From positions 10,286 through 74,285 of the forward strand of contig CAVRSV010000020.1 in NCBI GenBank assembly GCA_963723965.1: a stretch of 64,000 bases of DNA, read 5' to 3'. Source of the stretch: an uncultured Acidobacteriota bacterium. Its GTDB lineage: Bacteria; Acidobacteriota; UBA6911; RPQK01; JAPXNP01. The translations under genes were made by a program, and so were the position numbers. Shown here in pieces: positions 9,737 through 20,518 of the stretch. The notes below the pieces were generated by a model. It was not told where the DNA came from. It was given only the letters and a program-made list of their open reading frames with translations, and did no database searches. Position 1 is the first letter of the stretch; every line of letters starts with the position of its first letter.

Positions 9737-12158
9737 TTAGAGCTTGACCGATGTTTTCTTGCCCGTATAGGTGATCACCGTGTCAAACGTTTCGACGTCG
9801 CCGTCTCCTGCGCCTTTGCCTTTGGACACCTTGACGATGCGGAATTGACGCTCCTGAAGCATGCCGGGGAACTCGCCCTGACGTTCGCCGATCGTCAACG
9901 TCTTGTTCGCGTCGTCCCAGTTGAAGGTGATGGTCGAGTAGATTCCCTTCTCGTAATCGTAGTTGTCGTTTTCGTCTTCATACAGGGTGAACTCGCCATC
10001 CGCGCCTTCGTACACCCGGATCTGCAGGTCGTCCCATTTCTTTTCTTCCGCGTATTGCACTTTGGGGCCGACCGGAATGATGCTGCCGGCCTTCACGTAC
10101 AGCGGCATGATATCGATGGGGGTCTCCCTGCTGACCGTTTGTCCGCCTGCCAAGGTTTCGCCGGTCCAGAAATCAAACCAGTCGGTGCCTGCAGGCAGGT
10201 AGAGCTCCCTGGATTTGACGGTACTGAAATCCGCCTGCATGTTCCTTGAATACATGCCTTCAGTCACCGGACAGACCAGGATGGATCGGCCGAACATATA
10301 TTCATCGTTGAGGTCCAGGGCCTGCTTGTCCGAGGCAAAATCCATGACCAACGCACGCATCATGCTCGATTGGTGGGCCGTGACGTCCCAGGAGGTTGAA
10401 TAAATATACGGCAGGAGGCTGTAGCGCAGGTTGATGTATCTGGCAATGGCATCGTAGACCGTATCGCCCTTCTCGCCGAACTGGTAGATCTCACGCGGGG
10501 CGTCGGTACCGTGGGACCGCATCATCGGGCAAAACGCGCCGAACTGAATCCACCGGGCATAGAGTTCCCGATAATCCGGATCCTCGAGCTTGCGTTTGAA
10601 CCGTGACAGGAAGAAGCCGCCGATGTCGCTGTTCCAATACGGAATGGCGGTCATCGAAAAATTCAATCCCGCGGAGATCTGGTTTCGCAGGGCATTCCAC
10701 GAGGACGTTACATCGCCCGACCAGGTATTGGCGCCATAGCGCTGCTGACCGGCAAACGCCGACCGGGTCAAAATGAACACCCGTTTGTCGGAGGTCACGG
10801 CCCGCTGGTGGTCGTACACGCCACCCACGGTCATCAAGGGATAGGCGTTGCGCACCTTGCGAAATGAGCCGAGATAGGTCTGGTTGTCGAAGTCCTTCGG
10901 CCTGACGTCCAGGTGATCGGGTTCCGTGGAGTCCATCCACCAGCCATCCATACCCAACGAGAAAAGGCCCTGGTTCAGGTACTTCCAGTAAATGTCACGG
11001 GCTTCAGGGTTAAACGGATCGTAAGGCTTGACACCGGACGGATACTCGCGATTCGGAGGCCAACTGGTCAGCCCGGACTGCGGCCAGGTGCCCATATCGA
11101 GCAGCATGCCCTTGGGTTCCATTTCACGGTACTGCTTGGTCATGGGCCCGAACGACGACCAGATCGAAATGATGATATGCGCGTGCATATCATGGATCTG
11201 ATCCACCATTTGTTGCGGATCTGGGAAATTCCGGATTCAGGAATTCCATGGCATTCCACAGGTAATTATTGCCCCAGTATTGCCAGTCCTGGATGATGCC
11301 GTCGAGCGGTACTCCCAATTCGCGGTACTTCCGCACCACGCCAACGGTCTCATCCTGACTCTTGTATCGCTCCTTACTTTGCCAATACCCATACGTCCAC
11401 AAGGGAAACATGGGGACCTGGCCGGTCAGGTCGCGCATGCAGGCAATCACGCCGTCGGCATTGCCGCCATACATGACGTAATAATCGATACCATCGCCCA
11501 CCTCGGAGCTGAACGACGTCCCGTCTTGATTGTCGACGAAATCCGTGGGGGAATAGTTGTCCCAAAACAGGCCGTACCCCTTGACCGATTGGAAAAATGG
11601 CACGAAGTCTTCGGTATTGCCCTGCACCATGTGCAATTGGATATTGCGCAGGGACATCTTGCCTTTTTGAAGAATCCCCAACCCGTAAATCGTCTCGTCC
11701 CGATCCAACACATAGGACTGCGAAACGCTGTAGGTCTTATCGCCGGCATCGTCGAAATCGGTGAACTTGGCACCTGACGCTTTCTCGCTTAACAGTGGCT
11801 CGCCTTGGGGTGTTTGAAATGACAGTTGGCCGGTTTGCAGATTCAGGACGACCGTCAGGTCTTTACTGGCCAGTGTCAGCTCATCCCCCGTCTGCTTCGC
11901 GGTATAAGCGGTTTGTTGCGGCGTCTTGATAACCGACAGGCTCTTCTTAGTGAACTTCTCTCCATCCGGCCATTTCACGATCCGAACCGTGGAAGGACTG
12001 TAAAATTGGATCTCAATTGCCACCGAATCGATCACGGTGGTAATACCCGTATCGGTCTTCTGGTAGGATTGCGCCTGACTGACGCCGACAGTCGTCAAAA
12101 CCACGAAGGCCATCACGACGAAATGAAACCTATCCATCTTTTTCACGTTCTTCCTCAT
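9737..12158 (-). pseudogene. GH31 alpha-glucosidase/alpha-xylosidase, one frameshift
   Basis: ORF 11190..12158 carries the signal peptide and GH31 N-terminal half (...DWQYWGNNYLWNAMEFLNPEFP). ORF 9737..11209 carries the rest (MVDQIHDMHAHIIISIWSSF...GMDGWWMDSTEPD...). The two frames join if one nucleotide of the G3 run at 11223-11225 is removed, giving EFPDPQQMVDQ. GC is visibly lower (about 48% in sampled lines) than in neighbouring genes. Confidence 0.8.
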
Positions 12159-13414
12159 TGTGTCATGGACATGTCTGCGTTTTGTAGAACCAGGGCATCC
12201 ACGGCCACCGGTCCCGGGCCACGATTGACAATATCAATGGTGTGTTTGCCCGGCTTCAGACCGGCCACCTCGCACACTGCCTGCCGGGCCTGACGCTCGC
12301 CCGTAGTGGACAAGTCCGCCGTCGCCCGGATTTGGCCGTCGATTCGAACCTCGATCCTTCCGGCGGCCGGTTCTCTCGGGGCGATGATCGTGCCGCTGGT
12401 GCCGGTGAAGGAACGTCATGGCCGCATGGGAGCCGATCAGTTCGACCTGGGTGACCTTGCCCAGGGTCGCTCCCCCGGCGTGCAGGGCTGTGAGCGTGAG
12501 CGGGCCGCCGTCCCAATTCAGAAGCGTGGCATACCCGTTGCCGTGGTTGCGCGTGTAACACACGGATGCATCGCCACAGACTTCAAACGGACGCGAGCCA
12601 TAGACCGCTTCGCCGTTGACCTTCAACCAGGCGCCCACGTCTTTGGCCAGTTGAAGCACCTCCGGATCGAGATCGCCCCGACCGTGCTGAGTGAGGTTCA
12701 ATAGCATGGTTCCATTGCCGGGACTGGTTGCAGTAATTCGCGGCCACCTGCGGCCCGAGAAAGCCCAGCCCCATGTGCACGCCCAGGTCCACCTGGGAGT
12801 CGCCCGCGTGCTCGTCAAAGTAAATCACATCGGGATGGTACTGGGTGACCGCGTCGTCCACGCGCCACATGAACTGATTGACAAAAGGCGACAGCAGCGG
12901 ATCGTTCCCCGGCAGGGAACGCGGTCCGCGCGTCAGGGTGTGCGGCGGCCCGTAGAGATCCACCGGGTCCATGCCCTCCCACCATTGACCCTTGCCGTAA
13001 CGCAGGCCGTGCCGGCGTGCGACCTTTTCCCAGGTGCCCACGATGTCCGTCTTGGGGCCGACGCGTACGGAGTTCCAGGGCTGAAAGGCCGAGTCCCAGC
13101 AATCGAAGTTGTCGTGGTGAACGCCCATGGCCATGAAATAGCGTGCGCCCATGTCGACATACAAATCCATCAGCGCGTCGGGGTCCCATCGGTCGATCAC
13201 CCAGTTGTGACAGGTGTCCTTTGAAGTCGATGATCCCCGGATGATTGCCGTCGGACAGCCGTTTCAGGTCCATGATGCTGCCCTTGCACCTCCAGGGGCC
13301 GGACCTGGTCTGGATGATCGGGTTCTCCGCATGGCAGATCGTTCCCACGGCAGCTAGAACGGTCACAGCAGCACATGCCATGAAGGTATGGATTCCGGAT
13401 TTCGTCATCGACAT
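12155..13414 (-). pseudogene. GH29 alpha-L-fucosidase, at least three frameshifts
   Basis: The signal peptide is MSMTKSGIHTFMACAAVTVLAAVG. The GH29 core is YFMAMGVHHDNFDCWDS...VIYFDE. The C-terminal part is spread over four frames. Frame switches lie near 13220-13222 (T3), 12718-12722 and 12408-12413. The terminal TGA overlaps the ATG of the GH31 gene (ATGA at 12155-12158). Confidence 0.75.
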
Positions 13415-13723
13415 CTCCTGGCAGTTCTAGCTCAGAGGGACGAAAACGGCAGGCGTATTATACCCTTCAATCCTGGCCCCACAGGGATTGGCATCCCTCC
13501 AGATAGTCCCGTGAATCTCGACGGTTTCACCAGGATTGATCGCACTGTAATTGTCGCTGTATTCGACGGGCAAGGTTTCGTTTCCTTATTCCAGGACAAT
13601 GCTCGGCGGCGCGCCATGCCGTCGCCCGGTGCAACCGCGGCGGATACCTCTGAACTGCCACGAAAGCCTGCGGGGAAAATCTGTATTTTGCCGTTAAGGA
13701 AATATTGCCAATTAGGCAAATTT

Positions 13724-14386
13724 ATGCGAGTATCGCAGGAAGTGAACGCCCTTGAAACAGATGTCGGCTTGAGAGAACGCAAACGGCGCGAGACGCGAGC
13801 AGCCCTAAGCCTTGCCGCCTTGCGACTTTGCGTTCAGCGTGGGTGGAAGAACGTACGGGTGGACGATATCGCCGCGGCGGCGAACGTCTCGCCTCGGACT
13901 TTTCGGAATTACTTTTCCACAAAGGCGGAGGCGGTTGCGGCCGGACACCTGGAACGCCTGCTGCGCGTTGCGGACGAACTGCGCGCTCGCCCGGCCGGCG
14001 AGCCCCTGTGGACGGCAATCGCAAATTCAGTTGCGGCGCAGTTCGAGTCCCCGGTTGAGAAGAGCGAAACGCTCGCCGACGCCAAGCGTTGGCTGGAGCG
14101 GACTCGATTCGTTGTCACCGAACCGGCGATTCGAGGAGAGGTGCTCAAGGCATCCGTTGCCGCACAAGGTGAGTTGGCCGAGGTCATCGCCGAGCGGCTC
14201 GGAGCCCGGGGCGCGCAGGAGCTCTATCCACAAGTGGCGGCGGCAGTGGTGACCGCCGTTATCGGAACGGTTATGGACCGCTGGATGTTGGATGGCCCCT
14301 CCGGCCCGATCCTTCCACTTTTGCGCGAGGCCTTCGAACTGGTCGCGGCCGGTTTCCCGGAGAGCCAGGCGAAAGCCGGCAAGTAG
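13724..14386 (+). CDS. TetR/AcrR-family transcriptional regulator
   Basis: ATG at 13724 within ORF 13388..14386. The N-terminal HTH is RRETRAALSLAALRLCVQRGWKNVRVDDIAAAANVSPRTFRNYF. Confidence 0.85.
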   Translation: MRVSQEVNALETDVGLRERKRRETRAALSLAALRLCVQRGWKNVRVDDIAAAANVSPRTFRNYFSTKAEAVAAGHLERLLRVADELRARPAGEPLWTAIANSVAAQFESPVEKSETLADAKRWLERTRFVVTEPAIRGEVLKASVAAQGELAEVIAERLGARGAQELYPQVAAAVVTAVIGTVMDRWMLDGPSGPILPLLREAFELVAAGFPESQAKAGK

Positions 14387-14443
14387 GCTCCACAGCTCTC
14401 CATAGAGACTGCGGGTCTGGCTCACGGGAGACGTGCCAACGAG

Positions 14444-15262
14444 GTGCGAACTATGCGATTCAAAGGCATCAACTACGATACAGGCTTCATCAGCGCGGGC
14501 ACTACAACGCGGGAGCCGTTTGACCCGGATGTCGTAAGACGGGAGATGGAGATCATCCGCCATGACCTCCATTGCGACGCCGTCCGCATCACCGGCGGCT
14601 ATCCGGAGCGGCTGGAGATTGCGGCGGCCTGCGCTGCCGATGCGGGCCTCGAAGTGTGGTTCTGCCCGTTCACAAACAACCTGACCGGCGAAGAATTCAT
14701 GGCGTTGCTTCCCGAGTTCGCCGATGGCGCCGAACGCGTGCGCACGCGGGGTGCGGAGGTCGTCTTTCTCACGGGTTCCGAACTCAGCCTGATGACTGCC
14801 GGCATCCTGCCCGGCGACACACTCGCGGATCGGGCGGCGTCTTTGGCCGACCCGCATCGCCTGCGCCCGCTGATTCCGGGCGTTCGTGCCCGAATCAACG
14901 ACTTGTTATGTCAGTCCGTGGACGTGGTTCGCCCGCGATTCGGCGGCAAGCTGAGCTACGCCTCTATTCCGCTGGATGGCGTCGACTGGACGCCCTTCGA
15001 TATCATCTCGACCGATGCCGGTTATCGGACGGCCCAGATGGCCGCGCGGTTCCGCGAGGGTATTCGCGCTTTCGTCTACACGTTCGCGCGCTACGACCTG
15101 GTGGACAGCAGCGAATTGCGCGAAGACTTTGACAGGGCAAGCGCGGGTATCGTTCGAGTGCTCGACGGCGAGCGCCGCGGCCGGCGCTATCCCGACATGC
15201 CTTGGGAGCCCAAGGCCGCGTTCACTGCCCTCGCCGAATACTATCGCGGTCTCCATCGCTAG
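14444..15262 (+). CDS. hypothetical protein (weak TIM-barrel glycosidase-like features)
   Basis: 272-aa ORF with a GTG start, MRFKGINYDTG... The codon usage is consistent with coding. No confident family assignment. Confidence 0.4.
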   Translation: MRTMRFKGINYDTGFISAGTTTREPFDPDVVRREMEIIRHDLHCDAVRITGGYPERLEIAAACAADAGLEVWFCPFTNNLTGEEFMALLPEFADGAERVRTRGAEVVFLTGSELSLMTAGILPGDTLADRAASLADPHRLRPLIPGVRARINDLLCQSVDVVRPRFGGKLSYASIPLDGVDWTPFDIISTDAGYRTAQMAARFREGIRAFVYTFARYDLVDSSELREDFDRASAGIVRVLDGERRGRRYPDMPWEPKAAFTALAEYYRGLHR

Positions 15263-15485
15263 CCGGCCATCGCTCCCGACCCGATCGCCCTACCGGCCGG
15301 CCAACCCGAACGATCCACCTGGCGCGCCGTCGCCGACCCGTTGATCTGCGCCGAAGAGCAGCCCTTCCTGTCCCGGGCGGAATACGCGGCAGCCGGAACT
15401 CCTCCACCGGCCTTCAGAGGAGGCAACAGGAGTAGGGGAGCGCGCGGTAACTCCGGAGCATCTTCCGTTTTCTCTGCTGTGGCAG

Positions 15486-16052
15486 CTAGAATTCGAAATA
15501 GGGTCCCGCAGTCCAGTCGAGGTACAGGGCACCGCCGGAGGGACTGAGGTCGTGTTGAGCCCAGCGGGTCTTCACGTCTCCTCGTAGGCCCCAGTGACGT
15601 CCAATTGGGACTTGCGCGCCAGGTCCCGCCGTCACGTAGCCACTATGGTCGCTACCGAGATCGAACCCAGGTGTGCCCCTAAGCCCCACGACTGGCCGGA
15701 TCCTCCCTCCAAGAGCCGGTTCCAGCTCTGGGGGCTCAAGGAGGTCCACCCGGACCTGGATGCGATGACCTTCAATCTCCTTGCCAAGTCGCCTGCGGCT
15801 GATTATCTGGGCCAGTTGGCCGAGGAACCCTCGCATGGAACGTGGTCGGTGTCGTTCGACCCCGACCTGCTCAACGGTCTCACCTACCTCCTCATCGTCA
15901 GGCCCGGCGAAGATTCCGCAGAACTGGGTGACAAGATCGTTTTGTACGGCAGGCTCGAGGGCAGGTAGGAGAATCGGTTTCTCTGCACACCTTCCTGGGG
16001 ATCTCACCCAGCGCCACTCATCCTGTAAAGACCTCCTGGGTTTCCGCCACAC
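15486..16052 (-). pseudogene. outer-membrane beta-barrel protein C-terminal fragment (possible)
   Basis: The C-terminus GLRGDVKTRWAQHDLSPSGGALYLDWTAGPYFEF ends in an aromatic residue with alternating beta-strand character. No signal peptide is present, and the N-terminal part of the ORF looks non-coding. Confidence 0.3.
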
Positions 16053-16089
16053 TCATTGTGTATTCCGTGCGTACAAAGGGTGGCAGAGC

Positions 16090-16221
16090 ATAGATGTCAG
16101 AGTCGATGCCTCTTCTCCCACCCCTGTCTACCGCCAGATTGCCGATGCGATTCGTGTCGGGCTGGTTGAGAGTGCCCTGGGTCCGGGTGACAGGCTTCCT
16201 CCGGTCCGGCAGCTGGCTGCA
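16090..16221 (+). pseudogene. GntR-family HTH fragment
   Basis: IDVRVDASSPTPVYRQIADAIRVGLVESALGPGDRLPPVRQLAA matches the GntR N-terminal winged-helix pattern. Similarity is lost after this point, and there is no start codon or effector domain. Confidence 0.35.
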
Positions 16222-16349
16222 AGGCGCGCGACGAAGGCCCCGCAGGCGTACTGGACGGTACGTCGAGGAGGACGAGGAGCAGCAACGCCGCAGACGCCTG
16301 TCTCTCCGCCGCCGCAGTAGGAGTCTGCTGAGAAATCCGGGCGTGCACA

Positions 16350-16577
16350 AAACGTCCAGCAACGGTCCGAATCGGTTCCATCAAGGCCGCCATCTGGGCC
16401 AACGACAACTCGGGAGGCACCCGCCACTCGGTCACCTTCGTGCGTCTCTACAGGACTGGCGATGAGTGGAAGACCACTCGCAGCTTCGGCCGCGACGACC
16501 TGCTCGTCCTCGCCAAGGTCGCCGATCTCTCCTACTTACGGATCCTCGAGCTGCAGGAGCAGCCCGAGTCCGCCTGA
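16350..16577 (+). pseudogene. small conserved mobile-element protein, copy 1 (start unclear)
   Basis: One frame reads ...IGSIKAAIWANDNSGGTRHSVTFVRLYRTGDEWKTTRSFGRDDLLVLAKVADLSYLRILELQEQPESA*. I recall proteins of this type from conjugative-element backbones near ArdC. A second copy lies at 35.3 kb. Confidence 0.4.
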
Positions 16578-16586
16578 GCCCTCCCT

Positions 16587-16624
16587 CCGGGCCGGCGACT
16601 CCCGTCGCCGGCCCTTCTTTTTGC
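16587..16624 (+). terminator. rho-independent terminator
   Basis: The GC-rich hairpin ccgggccggcgac-tccc-gtcgccggccc is followed by ttctttttg, directly after the stop at 16575-16577. Confidence 0.6.
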
Positions 16625-16663
16625 TTTACCGCTTCGGACGACGGTGGAATAAACTATGGTTGT

Positions 16664-17890
16664 ATGCGATTCCTACGGCTCTTCCTGCCGGGCCTCCTCT
16701 GCCTGGCCTCGATGTCGCTCCTGATTGGTCGGTCTCAGGAGCCGGAGATCGAGACGACCGTGACACCCGAGAAGAGCTCTTATCTCCCTGGTGAGCCCGT
16801 TTTCGTGGACGTCACCCTGACCAATCGGACCGACCGACCGCTGGCCGAGCAGCGGTTCAATCTGCTTCTGACCAACTGGGCCTGCTCTGATTTGATCTTC
16901 GAGAGCGCTTCGCCCTTCGTGCGAAACACCCACGAAGGAGGCTGCGGTTGGGCGGGGAGCTGTCTCAGTGGCGCCTATGGCCCGGATCGGACCGTGGAGC
17001 CGGGAGGGTCCCGCACGAAGACCGTCCTCCTGAACCAGTGGCTAAGCTTCAACCAGATTGGTCGTTTTCTTGTTCATGTCTACTCTCAACCCTCCGTGAA
17101 GCCTCCCATCGATACGAGTTTCGAAGTTGTAGTCGAACCCGCCCAGACCGGGGAATTCCCAGACATCTATGAGAGGCTCGCTGAAGAACTGGAGACCCGT
17201 TCGCGTCTGCAATCCAGCCAGGGGTGGGATGAACAAAGGCTGCAACAGCTCCGGATCGCCCTTTCGGAGATGCCTCAGCCCTTTCTTGAAGAAGCCTATC
17301 TGAGGTGGACGACCGAGAGGGACCTGCTCGACGTTGGTGTCCAGGGCTGTGCGGGTTTGTGCACGCCGAGGTGTGAGAACCGTCTCGCTCAGCTGATCAC
17401 CGGACCGCTAGTAACAGAGGTCAAAGAACCAGCGCTCATGCACGCACTCCGAGGTCTTGGAGCATGCGGCGATCGCTCCTACCTTTCATTACTGCGCAGC
17501 GTGTCAGGTGAACTTGACGAGTTTCTTCAGCCGGTGGCCATCGAGGCCTACGGCCGACTGGGTGGAGATGCGGCCATTCTCTGGCTGAAGCAACTGGCTT
17601 CCAGCGATGATTTTCGGATCCGCCGACTTGCGATCCAGGGTTTGTTTCACACGGAAACGCGGGCGGCGGTTTCTGTTCTCATTGGGATGCTGACGGATCC
17701 TGAGCCGTCCATAAGGGAATCCGCCGGCAACGCTCTGAGGCTCCTGACTCGCCGCATCGTCAAAGACTCCGCAGAAAAGGACTTCCAGACAGTCGCCGGG
17801 GAGTGGGCGACGTGGTGGGAGGAGTTCGGTCAGGCGGCTCCCGTATACGATCAAAGAGACTGCACCGGCCATTTCGAAGAGATTCCCTGA
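16664..17890 (+). CDS. secreted HEAT-repeat protein
   Basis: ATG at 16664 within ORF 16466..17890. The signal peptide is MRFLRLFLPGLLCLASMSLLIG. The C-terminal HEAT/PBS-lyase-like repeats are AIEAYGRLGGDAAILWLKQLASSDDFRIRRLAIQGL...LTDPEPSIRESAGNALRLL. Confidence 0.65.
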   Translation: MRFLRLFLPGLLCLASMSLLIGRSQEPEIETTVTPEKSSYLPGEPVFVDVTLTNRTDRPLAEQRFNLLLTNWACSDLIFESASPFVRNTHEGGCGWAGSCLSGAYGPDRTVEPGGSRTKTVLLNQWLSFNQIGRFLVHVYSQPSVKPPIDTSFEVVVEPAQTGEFPDIYERLAEELETRSRLQSSQGWDEQRLQQLRIALSEMPQPFLEEAYLRWTTERDLLDVGVQGCAGLCTPRCENRLAQLITGPLVTEVKEPALMHALRGLGACGDRSYLSLLRSVSGELDEFLQPVAIEAYGRLGGDAAILWLKQLASSDDFRIRRLAIQGLFHTETRAAVSVLIGMLTDPEPSIRESAGNALRLLTRRIVKDSAEKDFQTVAGEWATWWEEFGQAAPVYDQRDCTGHFEEIP

Positions 17891-17946
17891 CGAGCCACAC
17901 GGTCTCTGCCCCTCATCTGGCCCGTCTCCGCCAGCTTTCTCAGGAT

Positions 17947-18319
17947 CGGATCGGGACGCCGGATCCGGAGCGATTCACCGCCGGTTCAGAATCCGTCTTC
18001 GCGACCCTGTACCATGAGCTCGGTCATGCGACTGGACACGGCTCACGGCTCGCTCGATTCAGCCTGGACGATCCGGCCATCTTCGGCAGCGAATGCTACT
18101 CGCAGGAAGAGCTGGTTGCGGAACTCACCTCCGCGTTTCCTCTGCGGCGAAGCCGGGATTTCGCCGAACACCATCGATCAGAGTGCCTCCTACCTGTCCG
18201 GCTGGATCGACCGCCTTCGCAGTGACGGAAAGCTGATTGTCATTGCCGCAGCTCAAGCGCAGAAGGCCGCCGACCTGATCCTCCGCAGGACGCAGCCTGA
18301 CGAGATCGACGCGAGTTGA
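17947..18319 (+). pseudogene. ArdC-like zincin metallopeptidase (antirestriction) C-terminal remnant, frameshifted
   Basis: FATLYHELGHATGHGSRLARF...FGSECYSQEELVAELTSAF is in one frame and LCGEAGISPNTIDQSASYLSGWIDRLRSDGKLIVIAAAQAQKAADLIL in the next. This contains the HExxH motif and the ArdC C-terminal signature. The N-terminal ssDNA-binding domain is missing. Confidence 0.65.
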
Positions 18320-18516
18320 CCGCCGCTGATCGGTCAGCCGGCTTCAGGTCGGCTGGGCGAGTTGTCTCTCATCCGTTGGTAGGCTTTCTCCGGTATGCGA
18401 GAGCTGTTTCGTCCCTCGGTTCGCGTCAACCCCTCCCTACAAGTGCCAATCGAAGCGCCGCCGGTGTCCAGTTCGACTCCCTCCAGGGGTCGCTCGACGC
18501 CAGTGCAATCTGAAGC

Positions 18517-19101
18517 CTATTTCCCGCCCAGCGGCACAATGGGCGGTTGACGGAAGGGGCCCTGTCCGATCATCAGCCAACCCATCTGAAAGCCGCCTTC
18601 ATGCGCAATGACCAGCCCCGTCGGCGGATCGCCGGCAGGAAGCGAGAAGGTCCGCGAAATGTCCACCGAATCCCCCGGACCAAGCGGCACGCTGATGGGA
18701 ATGTCGGCAGGATCCGGTCGAGGATCGAAGCGCGTGCCGTTGGCATCGGTCAGGTAGACAACGACACCGTGTTCCCGTTGCGTGATCCGCCGGGCCCGAC
18801 TGATCAAGCGCAGGCGGGCCGTGTAGATCGATTCGATGCCGGCCGTGGTCAGCCCAACGCTTTCGGGGGCGATACACCAGTCGTCGTAACGCAGTTCTTC
18901 GCCCATCGCCACAGTCTGACGTGGCATGAGGGAGGAGACGATCAAAACGACGGCGAAATAGACCCCCACGCCGCTCGCCCACCACTTGAGCAGTTTGACC
19001 GCGCGGGACCGGCGTCCCGCCACGAACAAGCCGCCCGTGACGAGAAGGAGCACAATGCTGAAAAGAAAGAGAAGAATGAACAACAGCTCGAAAACACTCA
19101 T
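18517..19101 (-). CDS. hypothetical membrane protein (two N-terminal TM helices)
   Basis: The probable start is MSVFELLFILLFLFSIVLLLVTGGLFV at 19101. A second TM is GVGVYFAVVLIVSSL. No family recognised. Confidence 0.5.
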   Translation of the reverse strand: MSVFELLFILLFLFSIVLLLVTGGLFVAGRRSRAVKLLKWWASGVGVYFAVVLIVSSLMPRQTVAMGEELRYDDWCIAPESVGLTTAGIESIYTARLRLISRARRITQREHGVVVYLTDANGTRFDPRPDPADIPISVPLGPGDSVDISRTFSLPAGDPPTGLVIAHEGGFQMGWLMIGQGPFRQPPIVPLGGK

Positions 19102-19169
19102 CAGACGTCCTCCTGCAATGCCCCCGATCCATGCTTTTGAAGCCTGCCGCCCCGCTCTGACCCGGCCCA

Positions 19170-19440
19170 CCGCGCTCCGAGACTTCGAGCCTCTCGGAAT
19201 TGCTTCTGGAATGCCCGCGTCAACTCCCGGCCGCCTTCACAGCCCCTCGACGTCGCCGAGCCGTTCGGAAGCCGATGCAGGACGGGATAGAGCAACCCGT
19301 CCGTCCACGCCATCTGCCCTCCGGACAACTCCCGGGCACGCGGGAGGATGCATTGCCGTAACTGCCCCTCCAGAGCCAGGATTGGCAAGGCGATTGGGGT
19401 CGCGGAGGCGGCAATCAGGTCCCTGCTGATTCCCCTGGTT
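19170..19440 (-). pseudogene. PadR-like transcriptional regulator remnant
   Basis: PILALEGQ...ELSGGQMAWTDGLLYPVLHRL resembles the PadR wing-helix core (G.LYP.LHRLE). The continuation ERLGDVEGL is in another frame. The region looks degraded. Confidence 0.35.
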
Positions 19441-19618
19441 TGACCCTTCGCGCGTACCCGGTGGACTCGAACTGAGAAACAATAGCAGTATTATGCATAG
19501 AAGTGTTATGTATATCAACCGAGCCTGCAGAGACGGGAATCAAGAGTCTCCTGTTGCCGGTCCGCCATTGGTCGGACAGGATGGCGCGGTGCCTGTCGAC
19601 TCTGACTCCCAGCCCTCT

Positions 19619-20326
19619 TCAGTCTGACGAAGCCGTTTCAGATCCGGCCTTGACCGCATAGATGAACGCGTGATTTCCGAGACGATCGGCGCTTGGCCTC
19701 GCAATCAGCACAGCATCTACGTAACGTACCGGAAAGAGGAGCCATCCCAACAGGAAGTGAACCAGTCCCCTCCACCAGCGTGCCTCCGACCAAGCTTTCA
19801 CGAACTCCAGCGTGAATGCGATCCAGGTCGCCGCCGGCCCAGTCCGCCAGCCTGACGAGACGCAGTGGAGCCCGCCGCCACAGAATTGCCTCAATCCATC
19901 GAGCGTCAGCCGTCGAAAGTCGCGGGGATATTCGTGAAACGGATGGCAGAAAGGCACAACCAGATGGACGAGACCCCCAACCTCAAGACAACGTTCGATT
20001 TCTGAGACCACCGCCTCAGCATCCTCCACATGTTCGAGCACCGCGTCGCATTCGACCCAGCGGAAAAGGTCATTCCGGAAAGGAAGATGTTCGGCGGAGC
20101 AAACGACATCGACGCCAAAGAGCGGGAAGAGATCGACGTTGACAAAACCGGGGATACGAACTCCGCCCCCTCCAATGTACAGGTTCCACCGTCCCAAGCA
20201 GTAGTTGCGTTCAATGATCCTCTCTGCCGGGTTGTGGTACACAAGCGAAGGTGGCTCGAGCAGCCTGTGCAAACGGCTGCGGCGGCGACGCCACAGCCGT
20301 GAGACTGATTCCGACCCTCCAGCCAT
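19619..20326 (-). CDS. class I SAM-dependent methyltransferase (type 11-like)
   Basis: NLYIGGGGVRIPGFVNVD...CDAVLEHVEDAEAVVSEIERCLEVGGLVHLVVP matches the methyltransferase motif I/II/III layout. The exact start is uncertain. Confidence 0.7.
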   Translation of the reverse strand: MAGGSESVSRLWRRRRSRLHRLLEPPSLVYHNPAERIIERNYCLGRWNLYIGGGGVRIPGFVNVDLFPLFGVDVVCSAEHLPFRNDLFRWVECDAVLEHVEDAEAVVSEIERCLEVGGLVHLVVPFCHPFHEYPRDFRRLTLDGLRQFCGGGLHCVSSGWRTGPAATWIAFTLEFVKAWSEARWWRGLVHFLLGWLLFPVRYVDAVLIARPSADRLGNHAFIYAVKAGSETASSD

Positions 20327-20437
20327 ACAGGCAGATTATGGCATGGTCGGATCCATCACGGCCTTCGGCTGCGGCGAGCAGGGCGTTGCGTCGCGACGCC
20401 TTGTCGTGTTCGAAATGCTCGGCCGCAAACCTGTTGA

Positions 20438-20518
20438 ATCATCGCGATTCGCCTTCTCGATCACATCATCATCGGCAGAAACGGCCACTTCAGCTTTGCC
20501 GACGAAGGATTGCTTTAG
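20438..20518 (+). pseudogene. RadC (JAB/MPN) C-terminal fragment
   Basis: It encodes IIAIRLLDHIIIGRNGHFSFADEGLL*. This is almost identical at DNA level to the 3-prime end of the intact radC-like gene at 39077..39394. Confidence 0.6.

Noticed and set aside
18320-18516. TTCGACTCC string resembling a tRNA T-loop
   Set aside because: The flanking bases do not form a T stem or acceptor stem, so there is no cloverleaf.
19478-19520. AT-rich stretch with palindrome TATGCATA upstream of the PadR-like remnant, as a possible operator
   Set aside because: It is a single 8-bp palindrome next to a degraded regulator gene. That is too little evidence to call a regulatory site.
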